In this document: positions 27,656-35,573 of the stretch, one piece after another | How positions within the stretch are numbered: the stretch's first letter is position 1 | How the letters are laid out: every line of letters starts with the position of its first letter | DNA from: a virus | Taxonomy: Duplodnaviria > Caudoviricetes | Length of the DNA stretch: 41,236 nucleotides | Direction: 5' to 3' (one strand) | Virus record (IMG/VR): IMGVR_UViG_3300010362_000046 | Coordinates: 1 to 41,236 of that record | Notes under the pieces: model-generated | Seen by the model: the letters and a program-made list of their open reading frames with translations, nothing else | What the model was told of the DNA's origin: nothing | The model's database searches: none | Translations under genes and position numbers: made by a program

Positions 27656-27958
27656 CGCGGCGCGGGTCTGCTCGTTGACGCCCTGCTGCGGCGACAACAT
27701 GAGCCGGTCGGTCTGCGTCGTGAAGTCCGTCGCCGACCGGGTGAGGAGCGTCTCGGTGAGCGGCGTCCGGTTCACCTTCTGCACGACCGGCGGCACCGAC
27801 GCCAACGGCGGCAGCGGCGCGGTCCCGATCCGGGCGAGCGCATCGTCGGCGAACACCCGGTCGCCATACGCGGCGACGATCGCCCGGTCCGGCAGTCGAC
27901 GCACAACCCACGGGTCGTTCGGCTCGCGGGTCGGGTCGTAGTCCTGGAAGTACCGCAT
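27650..27958 (-). CDS. Hypothetical protein
   Basis: 102 aa, GGAGG RBS; TGA lies in the first repeat of array D. Confidence 0.65.
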   Translation of the reverse strand: MRYFQDYDPTREPNDPWVVRRLPDRAIVAAYGDRVFADDALARIGTAPLPPLASVPPVVQKVNRTPLTETLLTRSATDFTTQTDRLMLSPQQGVNEQTRAAL

Positions 27959-27962
27959 CGTC

Positions 27963-28079
27963 CTACCTCCGGTGATGCCAGGCCGTGCAGGCGATCGCGC
28001 CGAGGAGTAAGCCCATGACGAACCAGGCGGCGACGGCCATGACCTCGGCCTCTCGTGCGGTCGGTGCTGGCTGCATCAT
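27963..28079 (-). CDS. Small TM peptide (38 aa)
   Basis: Hand translation MMQPAPTAREAEVMAVAAWFVMGLLLGAIACTAWHHRR; starts inside the last repeat of array E. Confidence 0.4.
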   Translation of the reverse strand: MMQPAPTAREAEVMAVAAWFVMGLLLGAIACTAWHHRR

Positions 28080-28232
28080 GCTCGCTCGATGTTCTCGGTG
28101 CGCTGACTCACGACGACTCGCTCTCTACTGGCGGTGCTCGCAGTTGCCGACGGCTCGCTCGGTCATGTCGGTGCGCTCACTCACGTCGGCTCGCTCACCT
28201 ACCCCGGCGCGCTCGCTACTGGTGGCTCACGC
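28063..28232 (-). repeat. TIGR-like array E (about 4.5 units)
   Basis: Repeat 1 at 28079, 28115, 28152, 28188, 28224; repeat 2 at 28063, 28097, 28133, 28170, 28206. Confidence 0.85.
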
Positions 28233-28454
28233 TGCGCGTCCCTCGTCCACGAACCGCCAGAACTCGACGTTCGGACCCCCGTGAATCCAGGTGAACCGAC
28301 AGAGGTCGTTGCCGTGCTCGTCCGTCACGACGTAGTCGTACGGCTCACTCGAAGAACCTCTCGCCGTGACGTGGAACCACACCTTGCGAGCCGGGCACCA
28401 CACGACGCTGGCGTATCGCACACCGTCGGTCGTGTAGGCGTATCGCTTGTTCAT
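28227..28454 (-). CDS. Hypothetical protein
   Basis: 75 aa, GGAGG RBS, ATGA overlap; TGA lies in the first repeat of array E. Confidence 0.65.
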   Translation of the reverse strand: MNKRYAYTTDGVRYASVVWCPARKVWFHVTARGSSSEPYDYVVTDEHGNDLCRFTWIHGGPNVEFWRFVDEGRAA

Positions 28455-28807
28455 GCGCCCTCCTCGCCTTCCTCCTCAGCCTGTAGCTGCGCCTCGATCT
28501 CCGGCCGGATCTCGGGCACGTCGGTCCAGCCCGGCCACCGTTCCGCGTCCTCGGCCTTGCCGTCGAGTTCGGCCCACCGCCAGATCTCCTCGTCGGCCAT
28601 GATCCGGCCCGACTTCGCGCGCAGCACATCGTCGTCGGGGAGCCGTTCGACGAGGGTCACCTCGAACACGCCGTCGGGTAGCTCCCGGACCGGCAGGACG
28701 AGACGGCCGACCTCACCGGTGCCGGGCCGCTTCCCGCACCGACGGCAGATCGGGTTCCCGCCGTTGAACTTCCAGGCATGCCGGTGCGGCATCCAGCGCG
28801 GGATCAT
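28451..28807 (-). CDS. Hypothetical protein with HxH...CxxC motif
   Basis: ATG overlapping the Tas stop (ATGA); 118 aa. Confidence 0.6.
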   Translation of the reverse strand: MIPRWMPHRHAWKFNGGNPICRRCGKRPGTGEVGRLVLPVRELPDGVFEVTLVERLPDDDVLRAKSGRIMADEEIWRWAELDGKAEDAERWPGWTDVPEIRPEIEAQLQAEEEGEEGA

Positions 28808-29670
28808 CCGAACGACGGCGGCGCGATGTAGTGCGCGTGACCGCCCTCCGGCGTCAAGATGTACGGCTTCGGCGGCGGCTCCCCGTACCGGTCCTGGTAC
28901 ATCACGTGATGCAGGTGAGAGAGGAACAGCTTCACCGCCCACCGCCGGGCGCGCAGGTCGAGCCGCCCGACCGGCAGATGCCCGGACTCGTAGATCGCCC
29001 GTGTCGCCGCGTCGGTGATCTTCCGCTGCTCCAACGTCTCGAACGCGGTCCGCTGGTTGTGCTCCGACGCCGGACCGATCACCTTGCCGTCGACGTCGCG
29101 GCCGTCGCGTGTCAGTTCGTACTGCTTCCGTTCCCGGTACATCCGGCCGTAGAAGGCGTTCTCCCGGCCCGAGACCTTCACGAAGCTGTCGCCCAGCTTC
29201 CAGCACAGGACCTTCAGTTCGGCGTTCCACGGGCGCCGCTCGCCCTTGCCCCACTTCTTCGTCGGGTCGAGACCCGCGAACCGCCAGATGTGCCCGACGG
29301 TCGGTGCCCGCTCGATGTCGATGTGGGCGAGGAGACCGGCCGCGAGGACCGGTCCGACGCCAAGCTGGGCGCGTGCCCACTCCCCCGCGGTCTGCGACAT
29401 CGAGAAGACGTCGAGGACCGAGACCATCTGCTTCTCCAACGCGCCGATCTGCCGGGCGAAGTGATCGACGATCGCCGTCGGTCGTTCCGCCGCGGCGAGC
29501 GACCGGGCCTGGTTGTTCAGCGCGATGCGATGTTCCTGCAACTCGTAGTAGAGCGCGACGAGTTCTCGGGCCTCGTCGCGTCCGACGAGCGCACCGGCGC
29601 TGCGGACGTCGCGGCCCAGCTTGTCGACGGCGGAGAGCAGGTCGGGGGTGGCGTCGATGACGTCGGTCAT
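28804..29670 (-). CDS. TasA-like IS110/Nop-domain RNA-binding protein without RuvC domain
   Basis: IS110-type coiled coil (RELVALYYELQEHRIALNNQ), GVGPVLAAGLLAHI, WRFAGLDP, WNAELK, RARRWAVKLFL; no N-terminal DEDD domain; flanked by 36-nt dual-spacer arrays. Confidence 0.85.
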   Translation of the reverse strand: MTDVIDATPDLLSAVDKLGRDVRSAGALVGRDEARELVALYYELQEHRIALNNQARSLAAAERPTAIVDHFARQIGALEKQMVSVLDVFSMSQTAGEWARAQLGVGPVLAAGLLAHIDIERAPTVGHIWRFAGLDPTKKWGKGERRPWNAELKVLCWKLGDSFVKVSGRENAFYGRMYRERKQYELTRDGRDVDGKVIGPASEHNQRTAFETLEQRKITDAATRAIYESGHLPVGRLDLRARRWAVKLFLSHLHHVMYQDRYGEPPPKPYILTPEGGHAHYIAPPSFG

Positions 29671-29984
29671 CCAGTCGACTCCTCAGGTTCGGTTCGGGGA
29701 TGGGTCGGCCAGTTCGGCGTCGGTTCACGGCCGGTCTGCCGCCGGTACTCCTCGTAGTGCTCGGGTCGCCGGAGCCGTCCGGTCTCACCGGCCCACAGGA
29801 GAATCCGGTTCCATTCCCACGCCCGCGAGCCGTTGATCGCCGTGTAGTCGGGGTCCGGGAGCGCGTGCCGGTACCGCCACGTGTGGACGGTGCGGACGGG
29901 GACGCCGAGCCGTTCGGCGATCTCCAGGATGCCGACGGGGTCCGCCGGGCGGAGCGAATGGGTCGTTTCGGTGCTCATGTTCAT
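29667..29984 (-). CDS. HTH DNA-binding protein (AlpA/MerR-like)
   Basis: PVGILEIAERLGVPVRTVHTWRYRHALPDPD; ATGA-coupled to the Tas gene; TACAGT 6 nt before ATG. Confidence 0.8.
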   Translation of the reverse strand: MNMSTETTHSLRPADPVGILEIAERLGVPVRTVHTWRYRHALPDPDYTAINGSRAWEWNRILLWAGETGRLRRPEHYEEYRRQTGREPTPNWPTHPRTEPEESTG

Positions 29985-29988
29985 GCGC

Positions 29989-30285
29989 TCACTGTAGTGA
30001 GGTGTACGACGCTCGGGAGTGCTCCACGAGCCGGACGTTGACGTAGTCGGAGGTGGTCGAGACCTTGAGGAGGCAGGCCGGGCAGAGGACCTTCGGGCCG
30101 ACCATCACTGCGGGGGCGAGGCCGGACGACGGCGTGTAGCCGATGGCGAGGCCGGAGCCGGAGCATCGCTCCTGTTCATCGGTGCTCTCTCGGAACGCGG
30201 CTCGCTCACTTGTAACGGGACTCTCGGTACGAGCGGCTCGCTCGATGTTCTCGGCGCGCTCACGTTGTGCGGCTGTGCGATACAT
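29989..30285 (-). CDS. Hypothetical protein with array-encoded N-terminus and CxxC
   Basis: ATG 7 nt after a TACACT box; frame open across array F. Confidence 0.45.
   Translation of the reverse strand: MYRTAAQRERAENIERAARTESPVTSERAAFRESTDEQERCSGSGLAIGYTPSSGLAPAVMVGPKVLCPACLLKVSTTSDYVNVRLVEHSRASYTSLQ
30163..30279 (-). repeat. TIGR-like array F (3 units)
   Basis: Repeat 1 at 30163, 30199, 30235, 30271; repeat 2 at 30181, 30217, 30253; exact 36-nt spacing. Confidence 0.8.
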
Positions 30286-30290
30286 GGCCG

Positions 30291-30304
30291 CTAGTGTAGC
30301 ACAC
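30291..30304 (-). promoter_or_regulatory. Extended -10 promoter upstream of array F, HTH and Tas
   Basis: Reverse complement GTGTGCTACACTAG, same motif as at 35574, 36572 and 37876. Confidence 0.7.
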
Positions 30305-30310
30305 CCGGCG

Positions 30311-30523
30311 TCAGATCGGGAGCGAGGTCTGCCCCGGCGACAACCCGGACCGCAACTTCGAGATGCAGTCGTTGCACGCCCACCGGCCCGTCGGCTCCTC
30401 ACACACGATCGCGTGGGTCCCGCCCTCGCGGCGTTTCTTCACCCAGCCGGTCACCTCGAACCACTCCTCGGCCGGGCCGTGCGAACCGTCACCGTCGAAC
30501 GTGCACTGGCGATAGTCGGGCAT
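30311..30523 (-). CDS. Small Cys-containing protein
   Basis: ATG 6 nt after a TGCGACACT box; 70 aa. Confidence 0.5.
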   Translation of the reverse strand: MPDYRQCTFDGDGSHGPAEEWFEVTGWVKKRREGGTHAIVCEEPTGRWACNDCISKLRSGLSPGQTSLPI

Positions 30524-30698
30524 CCGAGCAGTGTCGCACGATCGACTCCCACGCAGCGTGATCCACGTACACGTACGTGATGTCACTATACGTGGTTGTT
30601 CGTGCAAAGACGCCGACGTTCCGTGAGATTTGCCCATTTACAGCGAGGGAACGTCGACGTACGCTGCACCGCACTAACTCACGGATGGAAGGAGACGC

Positions 30699-31547
30699 AT
30701 GGGCAGGGTCATGATCCCGCCGACGTGGACGGCGGCGAAGCAGGCGCTCGGCAACCTCGAAGGGCTGGTCACGGCGAAGGAGTGGGAGCGAGCGGCGATC
30801 GTCTGGGCCTTCACCGAACCGGGCCGCGGTGGTCCCCGAACCTCACGACAATCCGTGAAGTTGTCGGTGAAGGAGTTCAGCGAGCAGGGCATCAGCGGTC
30901 TCCGATCGCAGGACACCGTCCGCTTCTACCGGAGCCAGTGGGACCGAGCGATGCGCGACGCCGGTGCTCGTGCCGCCGAACCCGGCAAGACCCTCACCCT
31001 GCCGCTCGACCTCGACTGGCAGGACCACGGCGACGAGCAGCGCAAGAAGCGGTACGTCGAGAAGGACGAAGCCGCGATCTGCCGGTCGATCGACCGGCAG
31101 GACCTCGACGCCGAAGTCCTCGCCCAGAACCTGTCCGACGAAGCGGCGCGCACGGTCGCGGCCCGGCTGATCGAAGACCGGCCCGACATCGCCCGCGACC
31201 TCGTCGACGATCCGACGACCGACATGGCGCTCATCAAGGCCCGGATCGAGAAGGAAGCCGAGGAACGCGAGGAGCACGAGCGCAACGAGTTCGAGTCGTC
31301 CGGCGGGATCGCCGACGTCCACGACTACGTCCGCGCCACGGTCCTCGTCGGCACCGCCCGGCACAAGCTGAACCAGGCGCTCAAGATCCTCCACTCGCTG
31401 CCGCCGCTGCCCGAGTTGCAGCGCAACGACCTCCGCCAGGAGATCCGCTGGTTGGAGTCGTCGGTCGAGTGGCTGAAGGAAGTCGCGAAGGCCCGCCGGG
31501 CCGCATCGCTCGGAGAGGAGGTCGAGGAGTTCCTGTCGAACCAGTAG
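30699..31547 (+). CDS. Hypothetical helical protein
   Basis: 282 aa, AAGGAG RBS, typical codon bias. Confidence 0.75.
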   Translation: MGRVMIPPTWTAAKQALGNLEGLVTAKEWERAAIVWAFTEPGRGGPRTSRQSVKLSVKEFSEQGISGLRSQDTVRFYRSQWDRAMRDAGARAAEPGKTLTLPLDLDWQDHGDEQRKKRYVEKDEAAICRSIDRQDLDAEVLAQNLSDEAARTVAARLIEDRPDIARDLVDDPTTDMALIKARIEKEAEEREEHERNEFESSGGIADVHDYVRATVLVGTARHKLNQALKILHSLPPLPELQRNDLRQEIRWLESSVEWLKEVAKARRAASLGEEVEEFLSNQ

Positions 31548-31559
31548 AAGGAGCCGCAC

Positions 31560-31991
31560 ATGCGGAGAGAACACGCCGGAGCAGCCGTCTGGGCCGAACT
31601 CGAAGTCGCAGGCGCAGACGGACGCACGAAGCCGGAACTGGCTGCCAACACCGGGCTGACGCACTGCCAGGTGCAGGCCGGTCTCGCCTTCATCAATCAC
31701 CAGTTGCAGGAGACGAAGAAGCAGCCGCTGGCGGTGGAGCACGAGATGACGGGCCGTCGGGGCCGTCCGTCCCACATCCACTACCTGCCGGACTACTGGA
31801 GTGAGCAGGCCCTGTGGTCGAAGAAGCGCCTCCAGGACCTGCTCACTCGGTGCCGTACGGAGATGACGCGTGCCCGAGCGGCTCAGGCTCGGTGGCCCGC
31901 TGACGTCCCGCAGTTCCTCGATCACACGCTCGGTGGGATCGAGCGGGACATCGGTTACGCGATCAGCGTCATCGACTCCAGCACGCCGTAG
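31560..31991 (+). CDS. Hypothetical winged-HTH-like protein
   Basis: AAGGAG RBS; GRTKPELAANTGLTHCQVQAGL. Confidence 0.65.
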   Translation: MRREHAGAAVWAELEVAGADGRTKPELAANTGLTHCQVQAGLAFINHQLQETKKQPLAVEHEMTGRRGRPSHIHYLPDYWSEQALWSKKRLQDLLTRCRTEMTRARAAQARWPADVPQFLDHTLGGIERDIGYAISVIDSSTP

Positions 31992-32048
31992 CGAGCGTAC
32001 CACCGCGGCGCGGTACGATCTACTGCACTAACGCCAGGAGGTTGTGCC

Positions 32049-32873
32049 GTGCCGCGGCGCTCATGGAAGCCGATCGTCGCACGGGCCAAGGCGATCGTCG
32101 ACTCGTACGAACTGCCGGTCACGCTCCGGCAGTTGTTCTACCGGCTCGTCGTCGAGGCGCTCATCGACAACTCGACGTACTGCTACCGGCGCCTGTCCGA
32201 GGTCACCGCGATCGCCCGCCGGGCCGGAGCGTTCCCCGACCTCGCCGACCTCACCCGCGAGATCGTCCGCTACCAGACGTGGGCCGACCCGACCGACGCC
32301 CAGGACTGGCTCGCCGAGCACTACCGGATCGACCGGACCGAAGGTCAGCCGTACGCCGTGTACCTCTCGATCGAGAAGCACGCGCTGTCGACGCTGCTCC
32401 TCGACCGGTTCGGCGATCGTGGCATCCCGATCCTGCCGCTCGGCGGCTACTCGTCGCAGACGTTCGTCGACGACGTCGTCCGTGACGTCGAAGCCCGCCG
32501 CGATGACCGGCGGGCGATCCTGCTCCTCGCGACGGACTTCGACCCGTCGGGCGAGGATCTGGCCCGCGACTTCGAGGTCCGGACCGGCTGCTTCGACAAG
32601 GTCATCCGGGTCGCGCTCACCGCCGAACAAGTCGCCGAGTACCAGGTGCCGGAGTCTGTCGCGCCGGAGAAGACCGACCCGGATCAGACGAAGGACTCGC
32701 GGGCAAAGCACTTCCTCGGCAAGTACGGACGGCTCCGGCAGGCGGAACTCGATGCGCTCCCGCCGGATCTGCTGCTAACCCTGTTCGAGGACGCGCTGGT
32801 GCCGTTCTGGGACGCGTCCGCATTCGAGGACGCGTGCGCTCGTGAGGACGACGATCGGCTCGACCTGGCGTAG
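32049..32873 (+). CDS. TOPRIM-domain protein (Topo VI-A/Spo11-like family)
   Basis: TLRQLFYRLV (wHTH Tyr), SIEKHAL, GYSSQTF, TDFDPSG (DxD), ELDAL. Confidence 0.8.
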   Translation: MPRRSWKPIVARAKAIVDSYELPVTLRQLFYRLVVEALIDNSTYCYRRLSEVTAIARRAGAFPDLADLTREIVRYQTWADPTDAQDWLAEHYRIDRTEGQPYAVYLSIEKHALSTLLLDRFGDRGIPILPLGGYSSQTFVDDVVRDVEARRDDRRAILLLATDFDPSGEDLARDFEVRTGCFDKVIRVALTAEQVAEYQVPESVAPEKTDPDQTKDSRAKHFLGKYGRLRQAELDALPPDLLLTLFEDALVPFWDASAFEDACAREDDDRLDLA

Positions 32874-32874
32874 C

Positions 32875-33093
32875 TCAGAGGAGCGGGTCGCCCTGGATGA
32901 TCGGCGGCGGGATCTGCACGCCTTGCACGGTCTGCACGAACGCATCGCACGCCGCCTGCGACAACGACACGAACAGGACCTCGTTGCCCTGCCGGACCAT
33001 CCAGCCCGACAGGTCGAGCGGGATCGCGTCCGTGAGATCGTTGCCGAACGTCATCGCCTCGACCGTGATCGGGGCCGGTTCGCTCGTGGTCAC
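32875..33093 (-). CDS. Hypothetical protein
   Basis: AAGGAGG RBS, GTGA overlap. Confidence 0.6.
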   Translation of the reverse strand: MTTSEPAPITVEAMTFGNDLTDAIPLDLSGWMVRQGNEVLFVSLSQAACDAFVQTVQGVQIPPPIIQGDPLL

Positions 33094-33329
33094 GACGCCT
33101 CCTTCAGCGCGTCGATGATCGACGCGAGGGTCTCACCCTCGTGCTTCACAAGTTCGGCCGCAACGGTCGCGAACTGGTTCGGCGTGAGGATCTCGGTCTC
33201 GAAGCTGAACTTCTCCGGCCCGTCGCAGCCGACCTTGACGGCTTGACGGATACCGGCTCGCGAGCACGCGGCGGCGAGCGAACGGATCTGCTCGACGGTC
33301 GCGCCGTCACCGGACAGTCGGACTCTCAC
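33090..33329 (-). CDS. Hypothetical protein
   Basis: GAGGGAG RBS, GTGA overlap. Confidence 0.6.
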   Translation of the reverse strand: MRVRLSGDGATVEQIRSLAAACSRAGIRQAVKVGCDGPEKFSFETEILTPNQFATVAAELVKHEGETLASIIDALKEAS

Positions 33330-33517
33330 TCTCCCTCGTTTCCTTGGAGCGACAGGGGCCACGGCGTGGGCTTGTAGCCCTTCGCCGCGAGTTCCGCATC
33401 GTGCTCGCGCAGGTAGGTGGCGTATTCGGCGCCGTACAGCGCCTCGGCCTTGGCGTAGCCGTCTTCGACGGCCTCATCGAGTGCGGCGTTCACCGCCGCC
33501 TTGAGTTCATCGGTCAT
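33326..33517 (-). CDS. Hypothetical protein
   Basis: ATGA overlap; 63 aa. Confidence 0.6.
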   Translation of the reverse strand: MTDELKAAVNAALDEAVEDGYAKAEALYGAEYATYLREHDAELAAKGYKPTPWPLSLQGNEGE

Positions 33518-33690
33518 CGCACGTACTCCGGGTCGGCGGCGTTCACGAGCGCCCACTCGTCGAGCTTCGCCAGCGACGGGCTGCCGTCACCCTCGGCGTA
33601 CTCGTCGAGGAAGCAGTCGTCGCAGAGGTCACCGAAGCATTCGACGCCCGTACCGCACGAGCGGCAGACGGGCTTCACCTTCGTAGCCAT
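33514..33690 (-). CDS. Small Zn-finger protein (CxxC...CxxC)
   Basis: GAGGAG RBS; CRSCG...LCDDC. Confidence 0.6.
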   Translation of the reverse strand: MATKVKPVCRSCGTGVECFGDLCDDCFLDEYAEGDGSPSLAKLDEWALVNAADPEYVR

Positions 33691-33765
33691 CGTTCTCCTC
33701 AAGGGTTCGGGGCCGGGCCGCTGATCACGGCCCGACTTCCCCGGCGGGCCTCTCCCGCCGCACGG

Positions 33766-33810
33766 CTAGTGTATCACCTTGACTTCAGCGTCGCAAGGTG
33801 TGCTACACTC
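33766..33810. promoter_or_regulatory. Back-to-back divergent promoters
   Basis: + strand TTGACT (33779) and TGCTACACT (33801-09); - strand TGATACACTAG (33766-76). Confidence 0.7.
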
Positions 33811-33834
33811 TTACACGTCCGGAAGGAGGGCACC

Positions 33835-34743
33835 GTGAAATACGCGGATCTGTGCAAGAAGGTCTCCGACCAGATCGCCGATGCGATCGAGGCCGGGACC
33901 GCGAACGGCAAGTGGGAGTTGCCCTGGTACTCGCTCGGGCAGGCGAAAAACGCCCGCACCGGCGCCACGTACAAGGGCATGAACTGGCTGCTGCTTTCCC
34001 ACCTCCCGTGGTGGGCGACCTACAACCAGTGGCAGGACCTGGGCCTCCAGGTCAAGAAGGGTGAGACCGCCACGCCCGGCATGTTCTGGGGGCCGATCAC
34101 CCGGAAGAACAAGGCGACCGGCGCCTACGAGGATGTCCTCGACGACAACGGCCGACGCCGGGTCGCGGGCCGAGGGTTCTCGGTCTTCTCCTACGAGCAG
34201 GTCGAACCCCGCTCCGACGAGAAGTGGGTCGCGTCCGGCAAGGTGCCGTGGACGCCGCCGCCCGCCGAAGCGGCCGGGGCCGAGGTCCTCGACCATGCCG
34301 AGGCACTGATCGAGGCGCTCGCACCGCGGGTCGAGCACCACGGCGACCGGGCCTACTACGCGCCCGTCATCGACGTGATCGTCCTGCCGCCCCGAGACCA
34401 GTTCCACTCGACCGAGGGCTACTACGCCACGAAGTTCCACGAGGTCGGCCACTGGACCGGCCACGAATCCCGCCTCGCCCGCAAGTACGGGTGGGCCGGA
34501 TCGGACGACTACGCGTTCGAGGAACTCGTCGCGGAGTTGACGGCGGCGATGGTCTGCGCCGCGGTCGGCATCTCGCCCGAGCCTCGCCCGGACCACGCGG
34601 TCTACGTGAAGGGCTGGCTGTCGAAGCTGCGGTCGGACCCGACGGCCCTGCCCCGTGCGGCCGGGCTGGCGACGAAGGCCGCGAACTTCATCCTCACCGG
34701 CGGTGAGGTCCCGTCCAAGGAGAAGGAGGAGGTGGCCGCATGA
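33835..34743 (+). CDS. ardC: ArdC-family antirestriction protein (ssDNA-binding plus zincin-like domain)
   Basis: WELPW...NARTGATYKGMN...WATYNQWQDLGLQVKKGE; YYATKFHEVGHWTGHESRL; YAFEELVAE. Confidence 0.92.
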   Translation: MKYADLCKKVSDQIADAIEAGTANGKWELPWYSLGQAKNARTGATYKGMNWLLLSHLPWWATYNQWQDLGLQVKKGETATPGMFWGPITRKNKATGAYEDVLDDNGRRRVAGRGFSVFSYEQVEPRSDEKWVASGKVPWTPPPAEAAGAEVLDHAEALIEALAPRVEHHGDRAYYAPVIDVIVLPPRDQFHSTEGYYATKFHEVGHWTGHESRLARKYGWAGSDDYAFEELVAELTAAMVCAAVGISPEPRPDHAVYVKGWLSKLRSDPTALPRAAGLATKAANFILTGGEVPSKEKEEVAA

Positions 34744-35027
34744 CGGTCGTGCAGGTGAAGGTCGACTACCAGGACTGGGAGGCGCTCCCGGCGTCCCGGT
34801 ACGAGGAGCCGCTGGAGTTCGAGTTCGAGACCGATGTCTACGACGCCGAGGTCGTGCTCGAAGAAGTCTTCGCGTTCCTCAACCGCGGGTCGAGCCGGGA
34901 GCGATGGGACCTGCTGGAAGGGCGCCGGTCCCTCTCGGTCGGTGACCGGGTGACGGTCACGTACCCGTCCGAGGAGCCGTCGCGCTGGTACTGCGCCCGG
35001 TTCGGATGGGAGCGCCTCGATGGCTAA
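34740..35027 (+). CDS. Hypothetical protein
   Basis: GGAGG RBS; RSLSVGDRV motif. Confidence 0.7.
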   Translation: MTVVQVKVDYQDWEALPASRYEEPLEFEFETDVYDAEVVLEEVFAFLNRGSSRERWDLLEGRRSLSVGDRVTVTYPSEEPSRWYCARFGWERLDG

Positions 35028-35295
35028 CCGACGGCCCCGTCCCTGGAAGGCGTACACCGACGAGCCGGGCCAGGTCCGCCGGTCGGTCGGCACGTTCGCG
35101 ACGCGGCCTGCCGCGTTCAAGCGTGCCCGCCGGACGGCCCTGTTCGAGCACATCACGGTCTACGTCCGCAACGAGCACGAGCAGACCCGCCGGTGGGTGT
35201 TCACGCCCCGCGGCGAGATGTGGCAGGAGATCTGGGTCCTCGACGTCACGCGCCGGGTGGCCGAGGCCGGAGCATGGGAGCGGCTCGATGCCTGA
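35020..35295 (+). CDS. Hypothetical protein
   Basis: 91 aa, overlap-coupled. Confidence 0.6.
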   Translation: MANRRPRPWKAYTDEPGQVRRSVGTFATRPAAFKRARRTALFEHITVYVRNEHEQTRRWVFTPRGEMWQEIWVLDVTRRVAEAGAWERLDA

Positions 35296-35569
35296 GCACA
35301 AGGTGGTTCTGACCCCGCACGCCCGTGACCGGTGCGCGGAGATGGACGTCCGCACGAAAGTCGTGAAGCGCATCGCCCGCGAGCGCGAGGTGGCGTGGCC
35401 GTGCTTGCAGGCCGACCATCCGCCGGGCCGCAGCTTCGTCCGGTCCCCGGCGGTCGACGACCGGCTGCTGCTGGTGATCGGCCGGGGCGAGGAACTCGAC
35501 GTCGTGATCACGGTCCTCTGGTGGGAGCCGGACTGCTGGACGGACTTCCGAGTACGCACGGTGTCGTAA
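35288..35569 (+). CDS. DUF4258/RelE-like small protein
   Basis: VVLTPHARDRCAEM...LLLVI...VVITVLW. Confidence 0.55.
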   Translation: MPEHKVVLTPHARDRCAEMDVRTKVVKRIAREREVAWPCLQADHPPGRSFVRSPAVDDRLLLVIGRGEELDVVITVLWWEPDCWTDFRVRTVS

Positions 35570-35573
35570 GGTA

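Noticed and set aside
26341-28454. Integron cassette array with attC sites
   Set aside because: No tyrosine integrase seen, and the repeats are direct and periodic rather than palindromic attC sites
28804-29670. Active IS110 insertion sequence or decayed transposase
   Set aside because: No DEDD/RuvC domain or catalytic Ser loop; intact ORF with RBS, coupled to both neighbours and flanked by arrays
21741-30279. Repeat-spacer arrays as CRISPR
   Set aside because: Repeats and spacers are only ~9 nt with two alternating repeats, and no cas genes are visible
21741-30279. Self-targeting of array spacers within this window
   Set aside because: Only a few spot checks were possible by eye and none gave a convincing paired match; needs a computed search, so no claim is made
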